Assembly (NCBI GenBank): GCA_000320545.1
Contig: ADNK01000765.1
Location: 12,813 to 76,812 of the forward strand
Direction of reading: 5' to 3'
DNA: 64,000 nucleotides
From: Bigelowiella natans CCMP2755
Taxonomy: Eukaryota; Protista; Cercozoa
The notes beneath the pieces are model-generated. The model was not told the origin of the DNA and searched no databases. It saw nothing but the letters and a program-made list of their open reading frames with translations. A program made the position numbers and the translations under genes. Each line of letters starts with the position of its first letter. Within the stretch, counting starts at the first letter, position 1. Positions 10,027-25,288 of the stretch are shown in pieces.

Positions 10027-12367
10027 CTACATCGAAGAAGTTTGTGTCGCGCCGCTGGTAGGTGCGGCAGCAGCTGCATGCTTAGCTTTTTGTCGCCTAA
10101 AAACGGAAAGCATAATCCAGAATCACGATATATCATCGGTTCCCACATATGTCTGAATGAATACCTGCATGCAGCACAACGACAGATCCCTCTACAAGCA
10201 GGACAAGCCCAGCTAAAAAACAAAAAGGGTATGAATAAGAGACGGACTCTTGGACAAGAGTGGATGTGGAACCAAACGGAATGCAATCTGCGGGACTGCA
10301 GATTGAAGCACTACCTTGCCTGCTGTTCCGACGTTGGGGCATTTTCACTGTAGAACTTGTTCAAACAACGGTCACAATACCTAAAGAGTAGTTGTAGTAG
10401 TAGTAGTAGTAGTAGTAGTAGGGATTACTCTCACGGTGCAGAATTAGAGGTTAAGTAAAGCCATTACTTTTTCCTGCATCCCTGACGTTTACCTGGTACG
10501 GATTTAAGATATACAGATCATTTTTATAGAAGGTTTTGACTCGGAAGTACTGATTTGATTGCATCACTGGCCAAGAAAATGTGGAGTTTGTATCTAATAA
10601 CTTTACCTTTTCCCCGAAGTGACGGCAAGTTTTTGCACAGGATTAGGGAGGACAGCAGACATCTACTTTTGCACTGATAAGATGATACAAAGGAGGTATT
10701 GAGTTTCGAAATTATCCCATTTAAGTAAGAAAATAATCCGCTAACCTGGTGACAACTGGAGCCACTTCCATTTCCAGAGACTTGCTTAGACCCTGAAGCC
10801 GTAGCAGATGCGGTATTCGTACTGGAAGGTACATGGCTATTGTTGCTCCTTGCCACGTTATTACCACCTGCTGTTTATCCAGAACATGTGTTACTTAAGG
10901 ACAGTGGGGGGGGGGGAATCAATTAGTGGTGATACCTTTTCTTTTCTCCTCTTCCTCATCTTCATCCTCATCGTCCTCATCTTCGTCAGGATCATACTCG
11001 GGTGCTCTGGCTGGCTTCAAAGGAGGGGTATTTGGGAGCATTGCCTCCTTCGATGCAGGTATTTTTAATTTTTTATTCAGGTCTTGGACATCCGTCCGCC
11101 TTCTCTTGTTAGTCCAAAACCGTGTCACAGAAACAGGAAGCTGAAATTCGGCTCCCAAAGAAAGTAATTGTGAAGAAGTGCTTTCTCTTTTCTTCCCATT
11201 TCTCGTGAATTTACCCAAATTACGCACTTCACCATTTGCAATAATGACAGGGGCTGGGAGGCGAGTGCTCTCAGGCAGAGGGGAGCTAAGATCAAGATAG
11301 GAAATACCAGGAGGGTAGAGGGGCGATGGCATCGAAAATGTCGGCGTGGCAAGAGCAATATCATTCCCCGTTGAGAGGATAGATGAAGGAAGTAGATTTG
11401 GAGTGGATGATGGCTGTAAGGATGTTGACTGAGGGGTGGAGGATGGGTGCAAGGAGCTGCTTTTATTTCGTGCAGAGGAGATTGCTGGAGATACCATGCT
11501 GTCAATGAAGGTAGTAGCAGTGGTCATGTCAATTTTTCCTTTCGCCAGAGAAGAAGTTGAGGAAGAATTCGATGACGATGAAGTGGAATTTGAAGATGAC
11601 GAAGATGACGCCAACGAAACGGTTATTTTAGGCCCTACTGACACACTTGCTTTCTTGTTGGCATCTCTCTGTTCTCTATTGGATCGTCCTGATTTTAAGG
11701 GATCTGATGCTACGGCGCCTTTGCTCTTTAGCATCGATGCTGTTGGACCAGTCGCCGGGGGGGTGTTGTTGAGACCCCTCAGAGTGCCATAAACAGTGTT
11801 ACTACTCATCTTCTCAACGGGTTGCCTTCTAACTGTTGAATTAGTGGCAACTTTTTTTCCTTCCTCAAGCTATCTTTGACCCTCCCCCTCGTGTAGCGTC
11901 AACCTCTTCCTCACTTACTAGCACTGTCCTCCTGATGAACTTTACCAACCAGGCAACAGGTTGTGAGAGTCCTCCAAACTCAGGAGGAGATGCAATTTCA
12001 TTTCTAACCATTTCTAACTACGAAAGTATAAGGGTTGAACTAATTGAAACCGAAATTAATACATTGAATGTGAATGGGGCAAAGAAAAAGGGGGGCGGGG
12101 AGAGCACCTCCACTTCAGCTCTATCCTGATGATGTGTAAAGAAATCTGAAAGCTCGAGCACGCCCAAAACCCCATGGTTTTCTCGTTGAAATAGTCGACC
12201 GAAAAAATATTATGATGAAAGGTACAAGCCCCTTTTTTTTCCATTTTTAGAAGAGTGACGCTTGTAGGGTGAAAGTCGTTATACGAAAATGGTCTTGTTC
12301 GTGTGAGCTCGAGTCTGTGCAGTTCTTGTCTTTGTCGCCTGTTCCTAGGACTAAGGGGAATTTGCAT
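10027..12367 (-). CDS. Ser-rich protein with C-terminal zf-4CXXC_R1 (CDCA7-related RING-like) zinc finger; start uncertain
   Basis: Large low-complexity exon (ORF 10919-11809). Joined 3' exons read SSCHQ|CKSR..LILCKN..GKRQGCRKK|YCDRCLNKFYSE..|SWACPACRGICRCAACR|RQK; stop 10027-10029. Confidence 0.8.
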
Positions 12368-12778
12368 GCAGCAGTTATGAGTTTCTATAATTCTCCGGTT
12401 CTGGCTGTAATAATGCGCCGAAATAATTTTATTTCCATACATTATGTATGTCGGAGAAACGAAATATTATATAATTTTAAAACAATTTTCATCAGATAAT
12501 ATTTACCTGCGACAGCAAATATTATTATTTCTTTTCCCCCCGAGGAAGCGGCCGACACAGCGTCCACTAGGCCACTCTAGTCAGAGTTTTGACCGTAATA
12601 TATCGCATACAGTCGATTGTATTGTTGTAAGTTATGATCTTTTTTATTTCCTCATATAATTCTGATAGTTATACTCGATTTGGTCAAACGTATTATAAAT
12701 TGTTGCCTTATTAACGGAAATTTGTGGAGGAGAAGAACTAACACAGGAAAATTAGACCCGACGACTACTGATCCGCCT

Positions 12779-12926
12779 ATGGCGGATCTCCCGACCCAGC
12801 CCCCCATCACCTGTTCCTCTAGGTGAGTCTTTTCGTCCCTTTTATCAGCAGAACTATTGAAATAATCCTATTTCGGGATCTATAACCATATCCCCGCAAC
12901 CAGAAAGCAATCGAAATATCATGAAA

Positions 12927-12971
<45 letters not shown>

Positions 12972-14216
12972 ACAAATTGTGTCCCGTGCATTAGGAATGG
13001 GAAGGATGAGGGCACCCCGGAAGACCTTTATCGAAAGGTGGTAGAGATGTTGAGTCAAAGAGAGTGGGAATGTAATCTTTATTTTGTTACCAGGAGATTA
13101 CTTCGAAGGGAATCGAATACCTCGGTAAGGGATAGGGAATTTGAGACGGTAGAGACGACGAATCAACCTCTCTATTTTATCCACAAAGGTACCCTAAAAA
13201 GCGTTCTTAAATGGCGGTCAGCAATTACTGCCCTTGGAGAGCATATTCGAAGGTAGTGAAGGACAGAGTTGGAGTGTCGCTTGACACTCACCCCTTGTGC
13301 TATCATGTAGGACAAATTTCGATCTGCAGCAAAGCGCAAAGACGTTTACGATGAAGGTCGATTTTTATGCTTCAGTAGTACCGGTGTTGTACTGATGTGC
13401 TAAGCCTTGATTGACATCATTTCCTAGGCCGAGGCGTTGTTCCAGGCTCGTCAAGTTCGTCAAAATATCGACGATGCGATTGATCTTACGGTACGTAGGC
13501 TGAAGTTAAATTTGCGGTTTTCTGAACGAGACAGAAGCAATTTGCTATTTAATTTATCCCAGGAGCAAATCATGCGGATTCTGGATATGGTTGAAGCAGC
13601 ACAGTACGAAACCAACAACAAGAGATATTTCTCAGCCTTCAAGATTCTGATAAATCTGCAAAAGGTGGTGCGCTTGCATCTTAATTATTTCTTTTAGTGT
13701 CTCTTTAATTTTGCTCACAGTGTACGTATACGTTATCGACCACAGGATTATAACAAAGGGCCTTTCAAAGATATCGCCATAGTTACACAGTCAGGCCGTC
13801 GATAGCTTTAATCGCCACCCCTCTCTCGCTCGCTCTCTCTCTCTTTCTCTCTCTCTCTCTCCCCAACAATATTAATAACAATGTCGTCCTCCTATGTACC
13901 GACCCTTGATCATATTTTCTTGACCCTTTCGTTCCCTTATGTACGTAGCCTCTTAAATAGTATTGAGTCCATCCTCAAGTCCACACTCAAAGCCATGGAG
14001 AACGACCTTTATAAATGGTACTACGAGTTTATTACAACGAATGTTCATGTTAGTTACCCCTCCACGTTTGCTATATTTCAAATTCTATTGTCGTTGTAAT
14101 TGTTGTCGTGAACTATCAGGTATGATAGAACTAGGAACAGCTGCCAAGTGCTTGGTATTTGAGGAGTTTCTATGCAGTTTGTTGTCGTCGTCATTGATGT
14201 CTTCCGGATTTACTTG

Positions 14217-14254
<38 letters not shown>

Positions 14255-14270
14255 TCTATCTCTATGCAGG

Positions 14271-14305
<35 letters not shown>

Positions 14306-14827
14306 TGAGCGAATGGGATAGAGAGCGAAAGAGGGTGGGATGAAGCGGGGCTGAAGCACGGCTGTTATTAACACAACAACTACGACAACAACTATGACAA
14401 CGGCATCGACGCGCATAAACACTCACAGGTGCAATGATACTTGTGGAGATGGACCGCAAGTTACAGCTGGACAACGAGAGGAAAACGTCGTCTTGCACGC
14501 ATAACACTATGAGGAGGAGGGAGGGGGGGTTACAGTGATGATAATAATGAAGATACTGCGATAAACTTGATGCGAATGTCTACCCACCGTCCTACTAATC
14601 GTATAATCTCCCTTTTCCTTCTCAGCACTACCATCATCATGGTCGACATCACTATCACCATCGTTACTCAGGTCGCGACAACAGGCCTATTTGAGCAGCA
14701 TCGCGCCTGCGTTCTCCCGGTCCCTGTTCGCGCATGCCCCGTTGCTCACCAGGACGGAGCAAAGACCCATCCCCACAGGTAGTTGTAGCAAAGAAGTAGA
14801 AGAATAGTAAAATCAGCATCTGAAATA

Positions 14828-14863
<36 letters not shown>

Positions 14864-16189
14864 GTGATGATGATGGATGATGATAGTGGTGATAAGAATA
14901 AGAACAACGACAGCAGCAACTAGCGCAAGTAGTAATGTGGAATCTGGCCATTCAATTCCGAAATCCAACCGACAGCACCGATAGATACTCTTCTTTTTTG
15001 TCCCACAAATCGGGCATGCAGGACAAAACTCATTTGTGTGTTCAGTATCGATGACTTTCCATTCCAAAAAATACTGTAACAAGTGCATAGCAGCATGTGA
15101 TACAAAACATAGGCGAAGAAGAGGCGCCAGTCTTTCCGATTTTTTGCATCTTTTATAGCATTTCCTTTGCTTTCGCCTTCCTTGAATTGCTTTGAATTCG
15201 GTAGGTGTTGAAGACATTCTGGGGGAGTTTGGACTGATGGAGGTAGACCAATCATAATAAATAATGATGATGGTGACGATGATGATGATGTATGATGATA
15301 ATGCGAAATTAGAAGCAAATCAGGGCGGTAAGTCTGTCTGTCGCCATTATGCATCAGCAAGAGAATCGTCGTCTTCGTCGCATCATCCCTTTCTCCTGTT
15401 CTGGTCTCTTCTTTTTCCCACAGGGAGTCGGTATCGAGTATAGCCATCTGTACGATTCACTACGAGTGATGGACCTGCTGGGAGAGCAAGAGAGATTCAA
15501 GGTGATGATCTGTAGCGGGCATATGTCCTCATCACAGTAGTCGTTGTCGTCATCGCTGCCATCATCAAGTTAAACCTTCCTCCTCTCCTGCAGAGTCAAT
15601 ACCAAAATACGCGCAAGGAACAACTCTCTGATGCCGTCAAGGTTTGGGAGACCTGGAAACGGGGGGGTGTTCGTAGAAGCGGGAGGGAGGAGGAGCAAGG
15701 GACGTGGATATAGGGAAATGTTAACCTTCACATGATAACACCTACACCAGTGGTTTATAGAACAGGGAAGATGCTAGAAGTAAAAGCAATAGTCATCACC
15801 CAATTTCTCTTGGCGTTACGTTCACTACCGGCTGCTACCGCTCCTTTTTTTTTCTCTGTTGTCAAATAGATGATGCAGGTCTCTGGAGATTGTCAAGCCG
15901 CACTTGAGGTGGGTGGTCCCTCCATCCATGTTTTCAAGCACGTCCTGTCCTGCAGCCCAGTTCATCCTGCTATCGTGTCGTAGATGTCACTGCTGCCCAC
16001 TCATTTTGCTCTCTTTATTTCGTCTTTAGCCTCGTCGTTCGTTCCCGTCGTTGTTTGTGCTGATGCAAGTTGAACAATACTTGGGTAGGTTTACCCCTAC
16101 TACTTTGCGACTCTCACTGGGCTGCTACTCGTCGAGGTGGTGGCCATAGATAATAGACTGCATTATCGTCGTCATCGTCGTCGTTGTCG

Positions 16190-16221
<32 letters not shown>

Positions 16222-16800
16222 GGTGATACGGGGGCTGATACGTGTGAATTTTGGCTGCGCGAGTTGCAGAGGTGGCATTCACTTGTGTGCGAGCGTATGT
16301 GCGTATAGTGACGGTTGTGCCGCTGCCACAACCCACCGTTTATGCTGTTTTAGGTGTCCATTATAGACTGGAGCTCGAAGGAAGAACTCGTCCCCAACGT
16401 GTGGGACTCGCCACTGCAGGTACTTACTCGCTTACCTGCTGTTGGCAGACCATGATATTGGATGATGATGATGACGATGATGATGGATGATGATGGACTG
16501 TGGCGAAGAACTCATTCAGGGTACTGTAGATAGATCGCGCCCCAAAGCAGCAAATCACCTTTCATCGCAGCATTGCTGTCATAATGTCGAGTGTGCGTAC
16601 GTGCGTGTGTTTGCGTGTGCGTGCGTTCTTCTCTCAGTATCACACGATTGGTAATGAAGCCTTGAGTAAAGCAGCAGTGAAGATTGCCGACCAGCTCAAA
16701 GAGTAATTATATCAACACGTAAATACGCGCATATAATGAGTATATGGGAAATCCGACGCTGGAATGAATGACCCAATGACCTCAATCTCACAGCGTCACA

Positions 16801-16860
<60 letters not shown>

Positions 16861-18199
16861 CGCCCCGTCGTCATTCTGTTCTTTCTGAGGTTGCATGGTC
16901 GTGAACGTGCATATAATAATGTTTTCATGCACGTACTCAATTTGTAAATAAAGGTTACTACCGGGACCCTCGTTGGCCAGTCATCGACGACGACAAAGGG
17001 TTGCAAAAAGAGCCGTGACGTCGTCTTCACCATCACGACATCCTCGTCGTCACTACCATTCAAGCTTCGGCTCGTCTAATTCCTCCCCTCCTCCTCCTGC
17101 TGCTTCTTCTGCTGCTACTACTACCACTACCACTGCCAAGCAGCAGAACAAGAGCTTTTTGCTCCTGCACCATCCATTCAAGTCCAAGTCTAGGATCCCC
17201 TCTTCTCCACACGGTAATAGTAGACACGGACAGCCTCTATTCAAAGAAGAATCAAAATCTTGCCAGTTAATCGCCTCTTCATTCCCTGGAAAGCCCCTTC
17301 CAATTTTGCCAACTTTCTCTGATAAATATCAGCGAGCTATTTTTACGAAATCTGGGTCATTCAGATTGAGTAGCTTAAGATGATATGTGTGCAATTTTCG
17401 CAAGCATGTGCACGTACGATCGTTGATTATCCCGTCGATGATAATTTCTGGTGCTGTTGTTCTTGCACACTGCTGTCGTCATATTCATCATCATCATCAC
17501 CATCGATGTATTCCTCCTGCCACGCAGCCGCTGGGTCCTCCCCCTCCTATACTACTTCTTCTTCCTCAAAATCCTTGAGGAAGAGGAGGGAAGGTGGCCG
17601 AGGAGGGAGCAATGACGACGGAAAGTCTCCCCCATCGTCGTCTTCGATATGCCCTTCTCCCCTGGACGGTGGTGAAGGTTGGTCGGGATCAAGTAGCGGA
17701 CGAGGCCTTGGGGGGAGAGGCAGCAGCGCTAGCCTACCAGCAGCACTACTATCACCACGTCCACCGATAAAACCAGTCCAGCTTTCGGAGGGAGGAGGAG
17801 GAGGAAAAGGAGAAGTAGGAACAAACATCATCATCATCATCACCATCGTCGTCGTCGTCGTTATCGATCTTCCCTCTAGACATTTCGTTTCTCATACACG
17901 ACATCTATCTCAGGTGGTGCCTACACCTAATGCTGCCGGAACGAGCGCAGTAGAAGCAGCAGCACCAACAATTGAAGGGGGAAGGATGGTAATCGCAAAT
18001 TATGAATCGACGATCGCATAGAAGCACCACACGCACACACACACACACACAGTTCATCATCATCATTATCATTCACAACAACAATAACAACAACAAAACC
18101 CAGCGAGCAAGCTCTTCGTGGCACTACTACAATTTTAAACAAATGGTGCTTTTCCTGATATACTCCGCTCCATCATTTATCCCCTCTCTATCAACAAGC

Positions 18200-18235
<36 letters not shown>

Positions 18236-19081
18236 GGTCTGTCTGCTTCTTTCTTTCACCACCTCTCCTGTGCTTCCCTAACTAAAGCCATTCTCCATCC
18301 ACACGCCAGGCTGGAGAGTATTCTTCGTTTAATTCGTCAATAGATCACAAGTTCGGTGATAAAGCGGAGGAGGAGGATGATACGACTGGGCAAACATCTT
18401 CATGTAAGTATGTTAGTGCGTTGGCGTGTTTTGTGCTATTAAGTATATATTGTCAACATCGTAATAGCATAATCATCGTGATTGTCATTCACTCACATCC
18501 GTTGAATCTCACGGGCAACTTGAATAATCCCCCTCCCACTACTCCCAATCTCTTGTAGTCTCGGCGTACAACAAGACACTCCAGCAGCAGCATCTTAGCA
18601 ACAGCTCAAATCCGAAAGACGTACGTTCGCCCCTCCTCACAGCGCGCACCACCGACATAATCACGGCACACCTAACATTCTGTTAGGGGGGGGGGGAGAA
18701 TCGCATATGCTGCGAGGGTGACCACAGTGACGAAGATACTGACAACTCCCTCCCCTCCCCAACCCTGTTCGCATGAGAGATAAATCATTTAGAGCTGGAT
18801 GTTTCTCGATGCTGCTGCTACTGCTGTCGGATATACTCATACGTTCTTTTTTGCTCGTATAATGCAGCCACAACGTTTGCTACATCTGGATTACACTCCT
18901 AGAGGGGGGGGGGAAGGGCCCCATGATGATAACGACGACGATAACAACAGCAGAAGTTGTTTAAACATTGCATACAGCATATAATGTCATCATGATCGCA
19001 TGCTTTGCTTCCTTGAACAAATTCGAGGTGATGCCACTCTATTGGAGCAGCAAGGCCTTTTTTCCTCTCCTTTCTTCTTCT

Positions 19082-19127
<46 letters not shown>

Positions 19128-19132
19128 CTCTC

Positions 19133-19169
<37 letters not shown>

Positions 19170-20274
19170 CTTACCAAATCCACCGCCGTTCTTCTTCTTG
19201 CTCCCCATCCCCCTCCACTACAGACACACACGACGAGGTTAGAGAACAGAAGGAGAGGAAAAGGTAGTTGTTGTTGTTATTGAAGGATTTATCTTATTCT
19301 TGCCGCCCTCCACACTCATTGAAAGTCGTATACTCTCCTCTCCCCCTCCTCATTCCCCTCTTTCTCAAGCTCTCCCCCCCCCTCCCTACCAAGATGGTAA
19401 CGTTTCTCTGCATTTGTTGTTGCTGCCGCTACCGCTACTGTTGTAGATCCCTGGATTTTTTCCTCAAGTTTCGGTCGTTGTTGGAAGTTTTTTGCTTCAC
19501 TCTGCACTCAGCCGGTTGGTTTTGGTCGCGCGAAGCATTGGCAGCGCAGTAGGCAGAAGCTCTTGCGTGGGTGCCGGGGACGACATGATTACAGCGACAT
19601 TACATGCGACTTTTTCAGTACTCTTCCCAACATGCACGCGCCCACTGTGTCGGTCGAGCAGTGGTGGAGAAGGAGATCGGGCAGCATATGCCCCCTCTTC
19701 TTCTTCTTCCCGCCACCTTTGCTGCATTATCCGACAACGTCGATGGCCAACGGCCCCACAATACGACTCGCCGTTTGTTACTTACCCTGGTGTGTGGCTG
19801 CTTCAACTTTGTTGTGTTCGGAAAGGCTTCGATGCAGTAGCTATGATGGAGACATTGCTCGGTCAGTAGTTCTTTGTGGAGTTGAAGGATGCAGCGGGAA
19901 CGGGGAGGGGAGAGAATGGAGGAGAGAAATGATCCGGAGGGGGGTGACTTTTGTGCTACATCATTATCTTCAACATGGATCAATACCACCCTCCTTTCCT
20001 CTTTTTACGACATGCAGAGAGCTGCAAGGACAGTGCGTTGAAGGCGATCGAGGCGCGATGCGAGAATGTATGGAAAATTGATTATTATAAGATAGCGGCG
20101 TTGAAAGCAACAACGACGAACACACAGCCGTCAAAAGGCAGCTTATTCGTTCGTGCTGTGCAGTCTAGTTGCCCCAGTGTTGTCGCATAAGAACAAAGAA
20201 GAGGAGGAGAGAGAAGAAGAAGAAGAAGAAGAAGGGGAAGAAGAAATAAAAGAAAAAGACATGCGTGTTAGAGC

Positions 20275-20306
<32 letters not shown>

Positions 20307-20573
20307 TCTGGATGAAGATAGTCCATTGAAGAATGTTGGAACACACGCACACGTACATGCACAGGAGTTGGACCAGGCTGTCACCCGTGAGAAGTACGAG
20401 CCACTGCGGATCTCCAACGGTATGTTTGTCTATCAGTTGGTGAGTGAGCGGATGAATGATACTGTCCACCCCAACCCTTTGTCTCTTCCTTTATCATCTT
20501 CGCCAAAACGGAGGGTGGGGCAGGATGATGCCCGAAAAGTCGCTTACATCGACTATTGTCTTCGTCAGATATA

Positions 20574-20613
<40 letters not shown>

Positions 20614-20841
20614 CTCCTTTCTCTGTCTCTTCCAATGCCTTTCTCCAAGCAGTTGCTGTTCGCCGCGCATGGAGATTACTTGCGGCGATGTTATTGTTGC
20701 TGACGATGATAAATTTGATGGCTGAGGACATTGATTGATGATGAGGGTGGTGGTGGTGGTGGTTGTGGGGATAGGTATTCAATATCGTCATCTGGTTCTT
20801 GCTTATGGGCTTGAAGATAAGAGTGACGAAGGTATTACCAG

Positions 20842-20878
<37 letters not shown>

Positions 20879-22562
20879 TATACATATGTGCTAGTAATAG
20901 CTATTCACTCGCTTTTCTTCGTCGTCCTCCTCCTCCTCCCCATTGATCCTAACTTCGATAGGATTATTATCAACGAGGAGCAAGAGAAGCTCCGACTGGA
21001 AGAAGAGCTTTCAGCATCATCCCCAGCACCAGCACCAGAGCAGCAACTACCCGATAATGATGCCGTTCTCCATCTTGGTGAGAGAGCAATAGCAGCAGCA
21101 GATCAGTAGTAGCTGTAGTAGTAGTAGTAGAAGTAGCAGTAGCAGTAGCAGTAGCAGTGAGAGGAGAAGAGTGAATGTGGTCGCAAGGCCAACAGTTCTT
21201 TGGTTCCTAAGGCACAACACTGCTGCTGCTGCCTCTGCTATGGCCTATTCTACAGGTGCCTCGTGTGTGCGCAATCCTGAGTGATTTCGTATCCCTCTAC
21301 GCCAATATATGCGTGACCGATCCCCGCCGGCGGTGGAATGAGGGGGGAGGAGGGGGGGTAGACGCCGGGTACAAAATCGGGATGATGGGTCAGTTCTCAC
21401 GACTTAACCACTTTCGTATCATACCGTGCCATGCTGCCATGTGCCATTTCGTCGTCGTCATCGACGCAGATGGGGTGTGACAGCTGCTGCTGGCGTTCAC
21501 CCACCGTCCGTCGCTTTGCTTGCTTCTCTAGGTCTGATGCGAGGTAGCAGCGCCGGAGGGGGCGACATGTGGAGCGACAACAATAGCAGTGGTAGCTCCT
21601 TCAAGAAGAAGAAGGAGAAGAAGAAGAAGAAGAAGAAGAAAGCGGAGGAGGAGGCTGGGAATGACGACGTCACGTCATTGGTGATTCATGCGGCGGATTG
21701 CTGCATGACTATGCTCAATCAGAGGTAAATGTGATCGTGCGGGGTGTGGGAGGGCCGGGGGGGGGGGCAGGGAGTGATGTAGGCTCGAGAAGTTTTGTGT
21801 AGAGAGATAGAAAGGGAACGTTATTACAAATGCGATTCCTCTCGATAAATGGAGGAGAAGGCATCAAGTTGCTTCAATTATCCCTTTTCCCTGCTGCTGT
21901 TTCTGCTGCTGCTGCCCGTAGCACCACCACCACCATCACCACCGCCGCAATCATCCAATAACGACTACCACTCTCCTCCTCATCCTCCTCCTCCTTATCT
22001 TTATATCATCACAGACTAAAGGCCATAGTCGTAGGTCCTGAGTCCTCCAACACGGTAAGTGAGTGAGTGACTTGTAGTTGTAGTAGTAGTAGTAGTAGTA
22101 GTAGCTAATCGTTGTTATTGCTGTTCCTTCTTCTTCCCGTCTCTCAAACCCACCACCATCTCCTCCTCCTTGTCGTATTTGTGATGATTACCATGTACGC
22201 TCGGTCACATTCTCACCGCGCCGCTTTTCAGGAAGCAAACTCTCAAGATCTGGACGCGAAGAACCGGGGGGGGGACCGTCAAGGAATGGGGGGACACGCT
22301 GGTAGTAAATCCGCGTTGTTGTCCGGAGAACAGCCGTATCTTCCAGTCCAAATATCGATGGCCGTGCAGGTGTCGCATCATCGCATTATTCTCAACAGCA
22401 ACAAGAACCAGAAGAAGAAGAAGAAGAAAGAACGAAAAAGGGCGAGGAGAGGGGGGAAAGAAGAAAAGGAGGGTAGCCCGTGTCCCACTTTTACTACTAC
22501 TATTACTACTACTGCCGTCAACAGCTGCACAAGGCATATGACTACGACAATGCACACGCACA

Positions 22563-22615
<53 letters not shown>

Positions 22616-23001
22616 GTACGCACGTTTTCCTATATACTTCCGTAACAAAAACAAACCAAAACATAGGTGGCGCTGAACGCGAGCTACTTGATCCAAGCCT
22701 GCTCTTGGCTAGAAGCATATATCTACGCGGTGACAACGACGAACGATGGCGGCAACCACGCGACGACACCGACGACGACGACGACGACGACGACAAAGCC
22801 CAATGCTGGCCAGCAGCCCTTCGAGCCCAGCAGCAGCGGCAGCAGCCGCCGCCTCATCGACCCCGTGAACGGTATAGCCGTCTCCGCGGGAGCAGTGGAA
22901 GCCAAATCTGCAATGCCAGCGACAGCAGTAGCACCAGCCCCTCTTGCTTCTGCTGCAGGGACGACGACCAACAACACGATTTCTACTGCTGCTGCTGCTA
23001 A

Positions 23002-23036
<35 letters not shown>

Positions 23037-23315
23037 AGCATGAGACTGCTGTTGCTGCTGCCGCTACTACTAGTGGTGGAGGTGGTGGTGGTGGTGGTGG
23101 TAGTCCATTGAATGCCATGAGTGGCAGCTCCCCGTCGGCTGTCGAGAGGAAGATGACGAGTAACAAGACGGCGGGACAGCAACAACAGCAACAACAGCGT
23201 GCAGTACCGATGATGCAAGGACGGCTCACTGGAGGAAGATGCTTTCAAGCCAGGTGGTCAATCATTGTACTGCAATTAATAATTTCGGCTGGTCCCGTTG
23301 CCATATTTACCTTTG

Positions 23316-23347
<32 letters not shown>

Positions 23348-25245
23348 GTTGCTCTTCTTACGATGAGCTCCTTGATGACGACGATAGCTGCTAGTGCCTT
23401 CTTCAGCGAGACGTGATATTCCCACTCCTGTTATTACTGTCGTCGTCGTTGATTGCGTATTGCCATCTACAATTTTCACAATGAATCAATTCATGCCTCT
23501 ATCTTGTCGCATCGGACAACATTATCATCATTATTGTCATCATTATCATCATTATCATCATCTTCGTCTTCCCACCCACCCGAAAGGCTACTTTTCCGGC
23601 AAACACAGTCGATTTGTGAGGACACTATCTTTAAACTGGTCGTTGGCACATCCCTCATCTTCTCCTCCCCTCCCCCTCCCGTGACACACTAAAATGCCAA
23701 TATAACGATTCCGCTTCAGTCAAAATACTAGCTCAAGGACGAGGCTGCGAGAGTTGAGAGTGACATGCACACGTTATTGGCATCATCGTATGCCTCTCGG
23801 CCTCTTTCTTCAGTGTTTTTAAGAGTTAGATATGAGTGAGTAGTTGAGTTATTGATACTAATTGATTGATTGCGGTTGGTTGATTGATTGGTCATCTGGG
23901 CAGGTGAACCAGAAGATACAGCTGCTCATGGCCCTAGCCTTAGACGTCGACTGGGTTGTAATTGAATGATCGTCATCATCACCATCGCCACCACCACCAT
24001 CTCTTACTTATTGAACATATAATAGGCTCCCTCCACGCCTCCGATATCAGAGCCGCATGACTATGTGACCGACGTGATAACGTACCTGACGACCACCTTC
24101 ATCTCCCTCCAGAAGCTTCCATCGTCGATCCGGGAGAACGTACCTGTGGCTGGCTTCACGCTGATCACAGAGTACTACATGGAAATCTTCAGCGGTATTA
24201 GTGGTAGCGGCAGTAGCAGCAGTGGTAGCGGGGGTAGCAGCGGCAGCAGGAGGGCGTGCAGATTCAACATGTATGGAATTTGTAACCTGTCGTGCGACCT
24301 GAAAGCTCTGGAGCACTTCGCAAAGGCGCAGGCCGTCCCAAACCTTCACAATGCCTTTCGGAATATCCGCCAGGTAATTACTTACTGCTGCTACTCTTCC
24401 TCCTCCTCCTCCTCCTCCTCCTCCTCCTCTTCCTCCTCCTATCTACCAAAACTGCTGCTACCAAATATCTGCAGCTACAGCTTGACGATGAAGTATTAAC
24501 GCGGCTCTCGCGCCCAAGAATGAAACACACTCATACAGACGCGTACCGCAGCTTGATGGTGGGCATTACCAACGCCGCTCGCTTGATTTATGTATTGTCT
24601 AACGAATAGATCGTCGACATGCTGCTCACTGGCAAGATACTGGACCTATCATCACAGATAAAGTTAGAGATGAGGACGAATTTCAAGAACACGGAAGAGA
24701 GTGACAAGTATTAATTGAAGCAGAACAGCAGCAGCAATAGCAGTAGTAGTAGTAACAATGCAAACAGCGTTTGTAGGTGTTCGGTCTCAGATTTTCGTTA
24801 CTTGACCACTCCCTCCTTATTCTCCCACCCCCCTCTCCTTCTCTCTCTCTCTCTCTCTCTCTCCCTCCCTCCCTCTCTGCCTGTCTGACTGTCTACCTTT
24901 CTCTTGTTTAGTATCTTCTCTTTCTCCTCTCTCATATTCTCCGTCACTTGTATTCATTTTATGTAATCGCGAGTTTCATGATAGTGATCTTGTGTACCAA
25001 TTGATATTTCTGATTTCTAGAATTGCTTCAATCGGCGAGATGAAAAGGTGAAGTTTGGTTTAACATCGTCTCCTCCTTTCTTATGATGTGCAGCCTCGCC
25101 AGTAGCTAAATTTGTTCTCTTGTTGGGTCCCCCCTTTTATGTATGCAGACTAGTGATGATCTTAGGGAACTACAAGACGTTGAAAAGGAAAGAGGCAAAC
25201 ATACTACCCATAGAGGTCGGAACGGAGTTTCTATCGACGATGCAG

Positions 25246-25288
<43 letters not shown>

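Noticed and set aside
14935-15230. Cys-rich minus ORF (CPACPICG) inside a Sec15 intron
   Set aside because: No complete zinc-finger pattern or splice context; cannot be supported.
14200-24600. Many ORF-track entries with poly-H/S/L/ER/CV tracts
   Set aside because: Translations of intronic microsatellites or off-frame Sec15 exons.
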